DNA of 64,000 nt from Tubiluchus corallicola. Its lineage: Eukaryota; Animalia; Priapulida. This document shows positions 12,541 to 61,938 of this stretch, one piece after another. The position numbers and the translations under genes were made by a program. Position 1 is the stretch's first letter, and each line of letters opens with the position of its first letter. Location: positions 1 through 64,000 of the forward strand of contig JAQGDQ010000051.1 in NCBI GenBank assembly GCA_030141605.1, read 5' to 3'. The notes under the pieces were generated by a model, which saw nothing but the letters and a program-made list of their open reading frames with translations, had not been told where the DNA came from and ran no database searches.

Positions 12541-13851
12541 AGATAGGACCTAGGAGTCTCAAACCATGTTATCGTTAAAAAGCTATAACCGTCAAGTCGT
12601 CACAGGGATTGCTTAAGAGCAAATTAAAAAAACTAATTTATTATCAACAAAAGCTGAAGCGTTTTTTTTTTATGATTTGCTGACTACATTATAATGAATG
12701 TATCAAAGTAGTGGTTGTCCAATATAAATGTTTAAGTGTGTAATGTATAAATTAGTACAAACTGCTCAGTCATACGTGACTGAACGGCATTAACCAGGCA
12801 TAGTCAAGTGATAAAAACACGGTATGCTCGCGAGTTTGGATCTGCTAGTTAAATCTGATCTAATTCAGTCTGTCAAGTAAAACATGTTGGTATAAGTTAT
12901 TCATTGTTGAAAGCATCAAGCTTTCGGCCAGATTTGTTCTTTAGTTTTATAGCAGCAATAATGCCATTATTAGAGCCATTGAGCCTGTTTAATAGTGAAT
13001 TATATTGGCAAAATTTCCAAATTTCGTCAGGCCACTTTCGGCTTTTTTTAAATTCATTCTTCTTTCTTATAATGTTTATACTGAAGGAAATATTTCTTAA
13101 ATGTCAATAACTTGCTTAGAAGGTTAATCAGAAAAAGGTCGATCATAATGGATCTTAACTGTGAAAAGCCAGCTTGAAAAAGCAAACAATTTAGCAGTTG
13201 ATGTAACGGCTAATGAGACAAAACAAAAGAAACGTTGAAAAAACTGAGCCAGTCATGACTTGACAACTGGCCGAGTAAGCTGCAGATCCACAAAACAGAA
13301 CAGAAACATTTAGCCTCAGTTAAAATGTTGAAATAAATATGCAACTAACCAGTTTAGCCAAATATTGTCTTTATGCAATATCGCCCGTTTTAATGTCTGT
13401 CTCAATGTCTTATTGTCTAAGTGTAACTACTGTTGTTTTGAAGTTTGATTGTATGCGTTGAAGCCACCTTTGAGCTTTTCATTTATGATTGTATTGATTC
13501 GTTGCTCGCGCTGGCATTGACTAAAAGAATTAATTAAGACAACGTTTGCTATTAAAGCTTTAACTAGGTCACTGTCATCGAAAAGCTACAAAAGATTTTT
13601 TCGATTGGACGCGAAGCCCTCTAGAGTGAAACACTGCGATTATACAGATTTGGTGTCCTGCAATTTTTATGGACCACGCGACCACATCAATAGAAAAGTT
13701 TTTGCAATAAGACAGCTGAAATCTTTTCAAAACGGTGAAGTCGCTCTTTTCAACATTTGACAACTAATTCGACTAACAAAATATTTTCTTCTGTTCCTGT
13801 TTTCAAATATTTATTTTGTTTGTTTAAAAACACATCTTTAACGTGTATAGT

Positions 13852-14168
13852 CCATGCGAGATCTACGTGCAAGGTGTTTTGGTCAAATCTTGACAACTAC
13901 TGCGGTTCAAAGAGGCAGACCATGCAAGATCTATGTGCAAAGTGTTGGGGTCAAATCTTGACAACCATTGCAATTCAGAGTGGCAGACCGTGCGAGATCT
14001 ACGTGCAAGGAGTTGTGGTCAAATCTTGACAACCATTACGGTTCAGAATGACAGACCATGCGAGATCTACGTGCAAGGTGTTGTTTTCAAATCTTGACTA
14101 CCGTTGCGGTTCAGTGGCAGAACATGCGAGATCTACGTGCAAATTGTTGTAGTCAAATCTTGACAACT
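13852..14168. repeat. 68-bp minisatellite, about 4.7 copies
   Basis: Unit CATGCGAGATCTACGTGCAAGGTGTTGTGGTCAAATCTTGACAACCATTGCGGTTCAGA.TGGCAGAC starting at 13853, 13921, 13989, 14057, 14123. Confidence 0.93.
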
Positions 14169-14179
14169 CAACAGTTTTT

Positions 14180-14357
14180 GATGTCAGGTAATAAACTCAC
14201 AGGAAAAAAGGCATAATTTTGGCCAAGAAAAAAGTCACAGGAAAAAATCACAATTAATCTTGGCTATGGTTAGTGTTAGTGTTAGTGTTAGTGCCTTAGT
14301 GGTTCGGATAGGGTTAGAATTATTTCTTTTTTCCTGTGCCTTTTTTAACTGGATCCC
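14180..14357. mobile_element. Short non-autonomous element with terminal inverted repeats (MITE-like)
   Basis: Left CAGGTAATAAACTCACAGGAAAAAA versus reverse complement of right end CAGTTAAAAAAGGCACAGGAAAAAA; internal (GTTAGT)n/GGGTTAG tract. Confidence 0.55.
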
Positions 14358-15864
14358 AGTTTTAGTTCGTTATTTCTTCGGCTAATTAATGTTAGGTTAA
14401 TTGTCATTTATTGGTTCGGTACTATCGAGTTGTGGTACCTAATCTGATACGTTTTTGCAAAATTTAGATGAAAATGTACTCAGGAGGTAAAATGAATAAA
14501 AACTTGATAATACATAGACCTTACATTGGTCTACATTTTAGCAATTACTACTTACTATGGATAACTACCAAAGCGTTTCCTATATTGAAATAATAGAAAC
14601 TATCCCAACTATTTCAGACCACAGATCGTTTTAAGTTGTTGTCTAAATTTGGCTACTGTTTTACTTCAAATAATGTATTGTCTCTTATCTAATTTTGTGG
14701 CAAACATTACACGGCGATTTTTTAAGGGTTTATTGTATTGTTTTTTTAGTTTTGTGTATCGCAAGTGCACTGCATAGCGTCTGCAAGTATGATCGATTAA
14801 GTGGCTCTTGGATATTTATATTTAAAATTTAAATCCGATGAAAAGGATTCCTGAATTCATAATTGACAGCTACTCTTTATTGCTCGCTGACTATACCTGG
14901 CAATACATCTGGAGACACACAGGTAAATTACCGCGGGTGCTACTATTCCTTCAAGGTTATCTAGCGTCGTTCCAAAGGTACACTTTCACACCCCTGGAAC
15001 TTCAGTTTACTTAAATAACAGGCGATTCGCCCAGTCCCAGTCGGTTTAGATTCTACAGTGTAGAATCTGTTGTCTCAGCTACAGTGTGAAGTGAGCTGAT
15101 TGTCACTTGGCGGTAGAGATCCCTGGTAGTGGAGAAGTCATGTTAAAGACAAAGTTTTGGCAAGGTAAATATAACCATTTTTAATCGAATCGTTCTTATT
15201 CTTCCACCTTGAGAAAGAGACGCTTGGCACTTCGTGCTTGGGCCGGAGCCTATGCAAATACATTACCTTCACTTATGATGCACTCAGTTTACCAACTGAC
15301 TGTAAAACACAGAACATTGGAAAGGACGCCTCATCAACTCCAGGCGTGCTTTAACAACCTGGTAGAAACTAATGTTTTTAATAATAATAACAATAAGCTC
15401 TTCAAACATTGAACATGTATTAAGTAAGAAGCTCAAATGAAATGTTAGTTAGTAAAAGCAGTTAATAATAACAAGAGATTTTTATTAATTACCATGAAGT
15501 TACTAATCATTTATTGTTTTTTTTTTGTAATCTTAAAGCCATAACTGGCAAAGTGATAAAAATAATTCTTTTGAAGCACTTTATTGATGAAGATTCCCCA
15601 TTTGGTCATTTTACCCATTTGCTTAAATGGATAATGGATACAGCTATTATTTCATTGAATCAGTAACTATATCTTTTAAAGCTAGCACGAAATGATACAG
15701 ATATTCAATTTCACCCCATCCCCGTCCTTTCCGAAATTAATTGTTTGCTATCTGCGTAACTGAAGTTTAAATAGACAAGAAAAGCAAAGTACTATTCTTG
15801 CAGTTAATTTTTACACCTCAGAATGGGATGACTAGTACTTGTTTGCGTTGCTGAATTCGTCTAG

Positions 15865-27788
<11,924 letters not shown>

Positions 27789-28459
27789 AAGTGACACAAC
27801 TATAACGAAGCTTTTTCTCGTATAATAGTCAAGTATATTTAATCAAGTAGAACTTGTCCAATGGTTTTTGTTAAACTCATTTTTGTACGAAAGCTCTTAA
27901 AAATCGTAAAGCTCTGAATGTTAGACTTTAAATCTGTAACTTTGCAAATGCTTTACAAAGCAGTTTTTATTTCATTACATTTTTTAAGACTACACAGTTG
28001 TAGGTTATATCAACGCATTTAATACTTGGTGTCATAGTAAGACAATTTGGCAGATCTATGTGCATGAATCAATGGAAGTAACGTTTGGCTGTCTGTGTAA
28101 AAACGCTCCGTATTGATTAATGTAGCTTGAGTAGATCATACAAGATCGTAGTTACGAGATTATTTGCTTACCAAACTAATTAATCATGTATGTAGCCAAC
28201 AAGATGAGTAACGTGTAGAGTTGTAGTCATTTTGTAAGTTTACAAAACATAATCTATAAAGCTTTTCCTATTCGACTTTAAATAGATTTTACCTTACTTT
28301 ACCTAATCGAGTCTTAGTCTTTCATAGTCTAGACCAGGTAGGTTAGGTTAAATTATAGGACAAACGATGACATTTTGACTCACTGCTCTATAAAGGTGAT
28401 TTATTAGTTTTTTATTTGATTTTTAATTTATTTCACAATCGTTAAAATATACATTAAAA

Positions 28460-29920
28460 ATAGATTGGTTTAAACAGTATTTTATTCACAAATTTAATAT
28501 ACTACATACGCATTTAGACAGGAAAGCAGAACAGAATTGTTAATAGGATTGGCTAACAGGTTCAGAAGCCTCTCCACAAAAGGTTTCACCATTCAATACA
28601 GTTTGACATACATGTGATAAAAAAGTTTGTTTTTTGTTGATTGCCATTAGAAAAAAAACATTAAATATGAGTGAAGTTCAAGAATAAGTGATGATGGAAG
28701 TGATAGGAGATGATGAAAATTTGTGAGTTGCCTGAAATACTTAAGTTATAAAGTGCCCTGATTGCGGATAAACGAAATCATGTGAAATGTTTACTATGAA
28801 TAATAAATTGAATGGCGGACAAAATAATATAATTATTAAGCGCTACTAAGTAAGACAAAATTACCAGACGGCAGTATGTTAACATCATTATTAATTGAAT
28901 AAGAGCTGAAAATGGGATGATAATGTCAATACGTGAATTCTGAAACAGAGGTCACTCGAAAGAGTAATGATGAGGATCTTCTAAAGAAATTCCACGCCGA
29001 CAATGTGATTAGCATACATGTGAGCTGCAACTAAACTACAACCCAGCCTCATTCATGCAAGATGAATTTGACCAACCCTGGTCACTATGTAGTAAAATGA
29101 AGGGGTTTACTTGTTTTAAATTCATCTAAGTTGTCTATCATGTTCTTAAAATGAATTAGAGAGAACGCACTTTTCAAGTTATCTGGAAACTAATTCCACC
29201 AGTTAACAGACGAAATGATAAATGAATTATGAAACAACGTTGTTCTTATGTAGCGTGTGGAAAAATTATGTGAGTTACGTAATCATAATTAGAAGTCAAT
29301 TACCCAACAGTAGTATGAAACATACTGCTTAAATGAGTGATCATACCATTTAATATATTGTACATTTGGAAACGTTTTCGACGTTTCTTTCTAATTTTTA
29401 ATGCTATAAACCCCACTTCAATATACAAAAGACTGTGGAAAGTTTCCCTGACAGCACCAAATATTAACGAGCTGCTTCTAGTTGTATCTCCTCAAGTTCG
29501 TCAGAATGAGCAGCTGAGAAATATCCTAAATGCAGTGAGGGTATTCTAAAACTCGGCGGAAAAAATGAAATGAAGTATCAAAAGAGACTTCCGATCTAGA
29601 ATATACTTAATATCCTATAATTAAACTAACACGTATTCTGACTCTACGAGTTATATCAGCAATATGATGACACCAGTATCCATTATCAGAAAATGTTAAG
29701 CTAAGGTACTAATGGTGATCTACTTCAGATATTGGTTCGATATCAAATGTAGGTGACTATATAACTTGTGACGATGCTTATTTAGAATGCTTATGTTGAT
29801 TATTGCTGCGTCCAATGTGGCGACTGTGACTATCTGTAAAAGTTCTTTCTGATTCAAGCTTGTCCACAAAGAAATATGTTTACAGGCAATTATCGCTTAC
29901 CCTAACCACATAACCACTGG
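28460..29920 (-). mobile_element. Degraded CR1-group LINE 3' fragment between SELENBP1 and Abox
   Basis: Frameshifted remnants ELEEIQLEAAR..FGAVRETFHSLLYIEVG...RRKRFQMYNILNG and IRTTLFHNSFIISSVNWWN*FPDNLKSA. Boundaries approximate. Confidence 0.75.
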
Positions 29921-31035
29921 ACATCCGCCTTCACGTTTTGCCAACGACACCTCTACGCTCAAAATTAAATTTTTAGCACGCTTAAAAACTCCAAAGTGTA
30001 AAATATGATTTTATATGGCAACTTTGTGGCGTCTTGTTAAATGCTTACGTTGTGGACGCTTTAGTTCACTAGGTTGTTCGCAGCACTACACAGTATAATA
30101 TTATTATTGCAAAGAAACCTTAAAACAGTTATTAACAGAAACCCAACAACATCATTTACCTGTACATGTACGGCGTGTATGGATTGGTATCCTGATTAAC
30201 AAAAATTTTCCGAGCAAAAACGCAATGGCTATAACTGATTTACACAGGCATATTATAATTAAAAGAGGAAATTTATAATTTATTGGATGAAAATATTTAC
30301 AAAAGTATACGATCATTAATTATAAAGTACTAGACAAAACAAATATAAGTACAAGGTAGTAAGTAGCACATTACAAACACTGTTATAAAAATTTTACGAA
30401 GTATCTATTGACGTTCTTCCTGAATCAGGTGGATTAAATTTATTGTAGCTTGTAGTTATCAGGGAAACCCTAGAGAGAGTTTCATACGTCAGAGACTCAA
30501 GGGGAAAAACCAGAAATATTAACAGCTATTCTGTGTCTAGGCATGCCAAGGTAAAAACACTGAGAAACAGATAAAAAAGCGAAGGAAGAAAGTATTGCGT
30601 TTAAGCCAGTTAATTAAACAAATGTGTTGATTTGTCAATAATTATAGATACATGTTTACAATTATAAAAGAAGACAACGCTGATTATGTTACTTACAACG
30701 TAATAAACTTAATAAACAAGTTTGGCTTGTCTACAATTTAAGATAACAACCTGCTGACTTCACTGTCTAAATTAGTTTCGTACAATTAACGTAAAATGCA
30801 AGTCTCGCACAATTACGAAACGAGGTAAAAACACGACACTTCAAATTACAGCTGTAGTTGTTATTCAAGTGAAAAAAGAAAAGAATCACATGCACTTACA
30901 CTTTTTTTTATTAATATTATTATCAAGAAAATTACTAAAACAAAATGACAAATTGCATACTTGCACTTGAGCATTACTATAATGTAATTTAGATATAATT
31001 AACAACATATTAGATACAATTAATCCATGGGCCTT

Positions 31036-41530
<10,495 letters not shown>

Positions 41531-43325
41531 TGTTTACAAAAGAATTTTAACAGACAGAAAAAATTTACTTGAATATTGCAAAACTGCGCAAGTTTTTTAC
41601 TCCATTCTGGAAAAATTAGGCTGCGCAACTTATTTAAAGATATCCATAAGTTTGTAGCAACAAGTTTTATTGCTTGACACGCTGATTGCGCTATAAGTCA
41701 CTTTTTTAAGCAAACATTTCTTTGACAATATTTCAGTTGACTTGTTATACTCATTCTTGAAGCCGTGGTTTTCACTATTATTAGGTGAAAAATTCACGTA
41801 TCGAGTTTTTCCGACGAAACCTGGTGATTGACAAGACGGAGATTTTGCTAAACCTACTGCAGCCAATCACACCGCAAGCTAACATTACAAGAGTTGACCA
41901 CGCCTCTTCCAGTCCACCTAGCAATTTATCAGAGAAAACTTCGGAGCAATACAAGTTAGGTTTTATTTATTTAAAATACGGCTATTAAAATACGTGTACT
42001 AACCTGAGTATAAAAAAGCAAAATATTCACACTATCACAATTAAACTTGAATTTTAACCTCACAGTCATATTGAATTGATTACCAATGCTTTATTTTTTC
42101 ACTGATTTAACATTGAGTTTTAACAGTGTACCTCACTCGCTTTACCTACGCAACATTAACATGCATTTCATTGTGCTTTTATGTGTTAATGCAGGTCTAA
42201 TTTTCCTTTCTATTCTTATATTAATTAATTTTACTTGTCAACAATGCTGAGAGGCAATTTAGTGCTGTAAAAATGAATTAGTATTATTATTTTTTTTTAA
42301 TTATTATTATTATTATTAGTTAACTTTGAAAAATAGTATTCTAATATTAAACAAATTACTGCACGATTCTCGTAGGCTGAAATGTATTTGGGATGTTTTA
42401 TAACGTTTTATAACATTATAACGTTTGGTTGCTGATAGAATAAAGGTTTTTGATACTGCATGCTGGCACAGAATACTGTTGACGTGGTTTGGAGTCTTAA
42501 CAGTTAACAGATTTGAAAAGTTTTCTCCAGTTTCAAAAAAAATCACTAGCAGTGGTTTTGTGTTTCAGTGTTTTAAACAATAAACCGATGCAATTGTTGA
42601 CCTTTTGTGATCTGTTCATAATAAAAATAAAACAAATAACCATGGTAAATTTATAAAATATTTCAACTGTCTGCCGAACATTATCGACTTATAATTACAC
42701 TGTACATTGTGATCGCATTGTGCAATACAGAGAATTCTGTAGTCGAAAATTAAAACTGCCCGATATCATAAATTCGTCAATGGTTCCTATTTTTTAAGCT
42801 GATGTATCTTGAAAATGAGACTATTATACATTAGTGAAAAGTGTACTGTTAAACTCTATAATTGGTGCTTATTTGAAGGCCCAAACGTCAGGCCTAATTG
42901 CTAGGTGTGTGAACCATGGTACTTCTGCAAATCACCATTTTTTTCTAATTTTTCGATTAGTACATATATCGATTAATGATGCATGGATGTAAATAGATGT
43001 TATTTACTTGTAAGTTCATTTGACTTAACACAGATCTCGCAAATTACAATGAATTTGCTTTTACTTTGTGTGCAATTAAGCAAAATTTAGAATTGGAGCT
43101 TATAATGCTTACACTTATGATGATTTATAGATAATTTATACTTACAATACGTGCTATAGACCTATTAGTTAAAATGTTCGGTGGGGTACAAAAATAAAAA
43201 ATTAACAGAAGCTATCTGTTTTTAAACCTATCATTATTTTAACAATATAAGATGTCACGGAATGATAGTAAAAGTAATCACAAGTAGACGTAAACGCATT
43301 TTTACTATTTTATCTATTACAGTAT

Positions 43326-43601
43326 TTCTTAAAATAAGAATGATACCCACTTAAACAAAGACATGGCTTTTATTCAGATACAGCATCTGCAATGTTTCGA
43401 CGCGCTTGAGCTCATCTTCACGCAACAATCCACCCAAATAAAAATACAGTGTAAAAAGTAAGTGTGAGAAGATGAATAAAAATATTTAGGTAGATTGTTG
43501 ACCTTAATTGTGTTGAAAGGTTGCAAATGTCGTATCTGAACAAAAGCCATGTCTTCGCTTAAGAGGGTGCTGGCTAATGACTATCATTTTTATTTTAAGA
43601 A
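43326..43601. repeat. Inverted repeat (~60-75 bp arms), Penelope-like element remnant
   Basis: TTCTTAAAATAAGAATGATA...AAAGACATGGCTTTTATTCAGATAC (43326-43386) pairs with GTATCTGAACAAAAGCCATGTCTT...TATCATTTTTATTTTAAGAA (43527-43601). Confidence 0.7.
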
Positions 43602-45804
43602 TTCGTTTATGCCCATCACCAATCAGATTCCCATACAATATTTCTTATTTAACTGTTGTTTCTTAAAATTCTTTCACTCCTTATTGTCAGGTATTAGAAA
43701 ACAATGAATTTCTTGAATCAGGACATCATTCCCCTTACGAAACCAACATGAATCCAAACCCTGTCTCTTTAAGGCCATCAGAGTTGCTAATAATGACAGT
43801 ACTAGATATTAAGATGTATTCTGCGCTCAATGTTAAATGCTCTTTCTTGTGGCTTTACCCCTCTTTATGTATTTTTGCAGTTTCGTCTCTACAGTAATTT
43901 GCTGATACGCCTTTTTAATCCTATAAGTCAAGTAAGCCGGGTTTACGATTGGCATCCCTGACATACAATTCTAAGCATTCCATGCGTTACAGGCAACGCA
44001 TATATTGCTCTGGATTTATTTTCATTTCAACTAACGCTTTTGGTCAATTTTGCTCATGTTCTACGTAAATCGTAGTTCTAAGGCGCTGCTAGAATCTTTT
44101 AATAATTTCATAAAACCGACATTTATGTCTATGTATATTCTAATACAGCCAAAACCGAAAATGAATGTAAATACCTAAATAAATCACGCCTGACTTACAT
44201 TTATAGGGTTGCAGTCAAAACTTCTAAGGCGCTGATGGAATCTGTAGGCTAATGCTTTCTTCCCATTGTTTGAAAGTCGAAACGGGAAGATGAACAAGAC
44301 CACCAGTTCCTCATACTACGTACATGTGATGGAAGTAGCGTACAGGATGAGGAATATGTAATCATGACATGTAGATTGACGGACCATAATAAGGAAAAAA
44401 TATAATATTGAGCCAAGTAGCTGGTACGAATTTTTGAATTTTGACGGGTGAATTGTTTGCTAAATTTACTAGTGATGATTTGCAATTGTTCACTTATTAG
44501 TCATTGCTATCTGTCTGTTCCACAGTATTGTAAAATTTGTTGTTGAAATGCGTTTAAATGGTCATGAATGTGGCTTACGGCAACAAACTGTAACTAATTA
44601 ACTATGTCTATATTATAATATAGCCAAAAATATAAATGGGTGTATATGCCTAAATAAATGACACCTGAATTACAGTTATAGGGTATATCATAAATGCTGT
44701 TTTAGGGCGAGAAAATTGAAAAATTCACGTTGAGCTGATACATATTTGCTTTAACTACACAACTGTCTCATGCAAGCAAGTTTGGCTTTAATACGACCAT
44801 CTGGGGGAATTTACACGCTTGTAATGAAGGGTAGATCTGCAAAAGCAGCAATCTTGCACTTATCTTCTATAGTCATCACATATTTAGATCCGCCGACAGG
44901 TGGGATATTGAGTGTTAAGAGTTTTGATTGTTGCTAAATCAATCCAGTAAGTTTACGTGCATTGATTTACATTAAAGCAGCCGAGTTACTCATTATTTAA
45001 CTACAAATTACGCGCGAATCAGTTACAATAGCAGCTTGGGAAATATGCACGTGCTTTTAGAGAATCAATTCACTGCATATAATCATAACAGTAGGTCTAA
45101 TTAGATGCTAACACACACACGAGTGAGATGTGGAACTAAAAATTAGTTTAAAAGCTAAAATGAGTAAATACTGTGTTCTGAAAGTCGCAGTCGTTTTAAT
45201 ACATTAGTTTATGAAATTGAACTTTAATTCATGGGTCCTACTGTGCTATTCTATTAATTAAGCTATTTATCTTGAAATAGCAACAAAATAATTGCGTAAT
45301 TATTACGACTCAAAATTGCAATAGTCAGTGACTAATATTAATAAATTATTATTTATTATTATTGTTTGTTGTTGTTATTGCTGTTGTTGTTGCTGCTGCT
45401 ATTATAACAATAATAATAATAATCTTTACTTAAAGTCGGTTAAGGATTGGGTTAAGAATTAACATAAGCTCAAGAGGTTTGTCCACCGGCTTTATCTTCA
45501 AACAACTGAGTAAAGAATAGATAATTTGGAAAAATATATTTTGTTTGGTTCACGCAGTGTTTTGTGAAATAAGCAATTTCTTTTTTTATAATAACAACAT
45601 GAAATTAATATACTGGTATTTAGAAGTCTGGAAATGTTATTTTGGTTTTAGTTTAAAATGACAATGCTGAAGAAATGCAGCCTATAAGTTTTATTTGGCA
45701 ATGGCAATGCACATGGGCAAAGTAGGACAGCGTCATTGAAAAAACAAAGATCGATTTGAGGCAATGTCACCTTCTCTTGTTAATGTATTCTTTAAGTGAA
45801 TTTT

Positions 45805-46167
45805 CAGGGTCAAATTATGATCTTTTGGGGCCTCTAGGCTTAATGAAATTATGAGGCCTCCTCAGACAGAGACACTCTATAACTCGCCCGTCTTAAATAT
45901 TTTTTACTCACGATATATTTTAACAACATTTACATAGCTTGAAGTAAACTTACTGCAAATTCTTTAAATAAACAAAAATGGCTGTCTTTTGTTTGTAAAT
46001 AAAAATATTCTTTAAGAAATATCACTATTTTGCTATTTATTGCAAACTAAATGACCACATATTTCAACGCAGCTGTAGTGAAAAAACAGATTTTTTATTA
46101 AATGTTACCAGAGCTTGAGGGGCCCTAGGCTGCAGCCCACACTAGCTTATAGGATAATCCAGCCCTG
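45805..46167. mobile_element. Older hAT-type MITE
   Basis: Ends CAGGGTCAAATTAT ... ATAATCCAGCCCTG; degenerate 8-bp flanks TGAATTTT / TGTATTGT; subterminal GGGCC..TAGGCT motifs. Confidence 0.55.
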
Positions 46168-46629
46168 TGTATTGTAAATCGCGTCCCGTTTCAGAAAAAA
46201 GGTTACATGTTTGCTGGGACTTTGCGGGCACTACTTATTTCTGAATTCAGCAGAGTTATTATTAGGTAGAAAAGAGAACTATTTACACCAGTGTGGCATC
46301 ATTAGATGGTATTTAAAGTGGTTTTTGGTGAAGGCCGATTCAGCAATCCCCAAAAATTAATACTTCGTCAGTTAATGTTGAAACTTAGATGCCTAAGAAC
46401 GAGTAAGCTGACTCTACAAAATGTGACATAAAGCTAAACCTGACACTGCACGAATTTCAAAAAGCAACATAATTACAAGTGTTTTATATTTAAGTTCATA
46501 ATTTTTTATGTTTTTTTAGTTGATTAAGTTCCTAGGATTTGCTGCCTTTTGAAAAATAACAACACAATACTCATCTTCCTAATGTTGATGTATAATCCTC
46601 CTATCAAAAAATTATAAAAGATGAAGAAT

Positions 46630-47359
46630 CAGGGCCGATTTTAATCTAATTTGACCGAATTCTTCAAATTGGGTCAGCGCCAAGACGGGCCCCGCACACA
46701 GGCTCGAGCGGAGGACGCTATATGATGAATTAGTGAATTAATGAGTATCCAGTGTGCACAAAGTGTCTTAATACTGTGAAGGCTATTCAGTTTGACATCG
46801 TATATCTATTTTTACAACTACACATGTTTTTTTTTGCTGATCGCTTTTATTTGTTTTGTAATTTCAGTTTGTCGTTGCCATTTACTGTTTAAAAAACGCA
46901 ATTGGCGAGCCCTATACGCATTAGTTAGATTATCGTTGGATTTTAATTTTGCTAATTTGAGGAAGATATTTAAACCCTCAATGCAGATTAAAACATACTT
47001 ACATCATAGGTCAACAGTTTCACAATAATTTGGCGATGCTGTTTATAGAAAATTACTTGCAAAAATCACTGACTTTGAAATGATTTTGAAAGATTTCTCT
47101 TATAAAAAAGCCAGAAAAGCCTGTCTTTGGAAGGCCTATGCAAACAGTACGTCAGTAATAAAACATTAAAACTTTCATATAGGCTTGCAATTTTTAGTAT
47201 ATCGTTGTGGCTAATGGAGGAGCCTCAAGCCATCAATGGTTTTTGGCTAGGACTGGTGTTACTACACGAAGCATAATACATCAATCTTCAGCTTTTGTAG
47301 GGCAGAACGTCCACTAACAATTTTCAAATTGGGCCCCGCACTTTCTAGCACCAGCCCTG
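46630..47359. mobile_element. hAT-superfamily non-autonomous DNA transposon (730 bp)
   Basis: Termini CAGGGCCG...CAGCCCTG; exact 8-bp target-site duplication TGAAGAAT at 46622-46629 and 47360-47367; GGGCCCCGCAC motif near both ends. Confidence 0.88.
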
Positions 47360-47891
47360 TGAAGAATCTACTTCTAATTAGTCTGACTTTGTAAATAAGA
47401 AAGAACATGTTTAAAGTCACACCACCTCCACACTTTTTATTAACTCCTGACCACAGTCATGTTAATATACTTTAACAACATGAAATTAAATCTCACCGTT
47501 CTAGGTTCCACTCTTTACTATAGGTCACTCCACAGTTTGAAAAACAGTATGTCAAAGTTCTGTCCTGTGAAAAGCTCTTTGTGCAGTTCGTGTGAGTGAA
47601 GTTCCATATCTCAGTGAACTACTTTTTTGTATGAACATATTTATTTAAATAAAGATGATTACCAATAAAGCAACAAGCTGCTTAACTTAAGATTCTACTG
47701 TACAAGTATAAAAAAATTAATACTCAAGTGAACTATTCAGTACATCAAACAAAAAACACATTTTTGTATCGTGTTTAAGATTACATACTGTGCACGACAT
47801 GATAATTTTCACATAATTTTAAATTTTACATACTTCACAGTAGATTATTAAAATGTCCTACATTTTTACACCATGATGATGTCTTCCCTGA

Positions 47892-61938
<14,047 letters not shown>

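Noticed and set aside
13852-14168. CRISPR-like array
   Set aside because: Whole units repeat with no unique spacers, there are no cas genes, and the context is eukaryotic.
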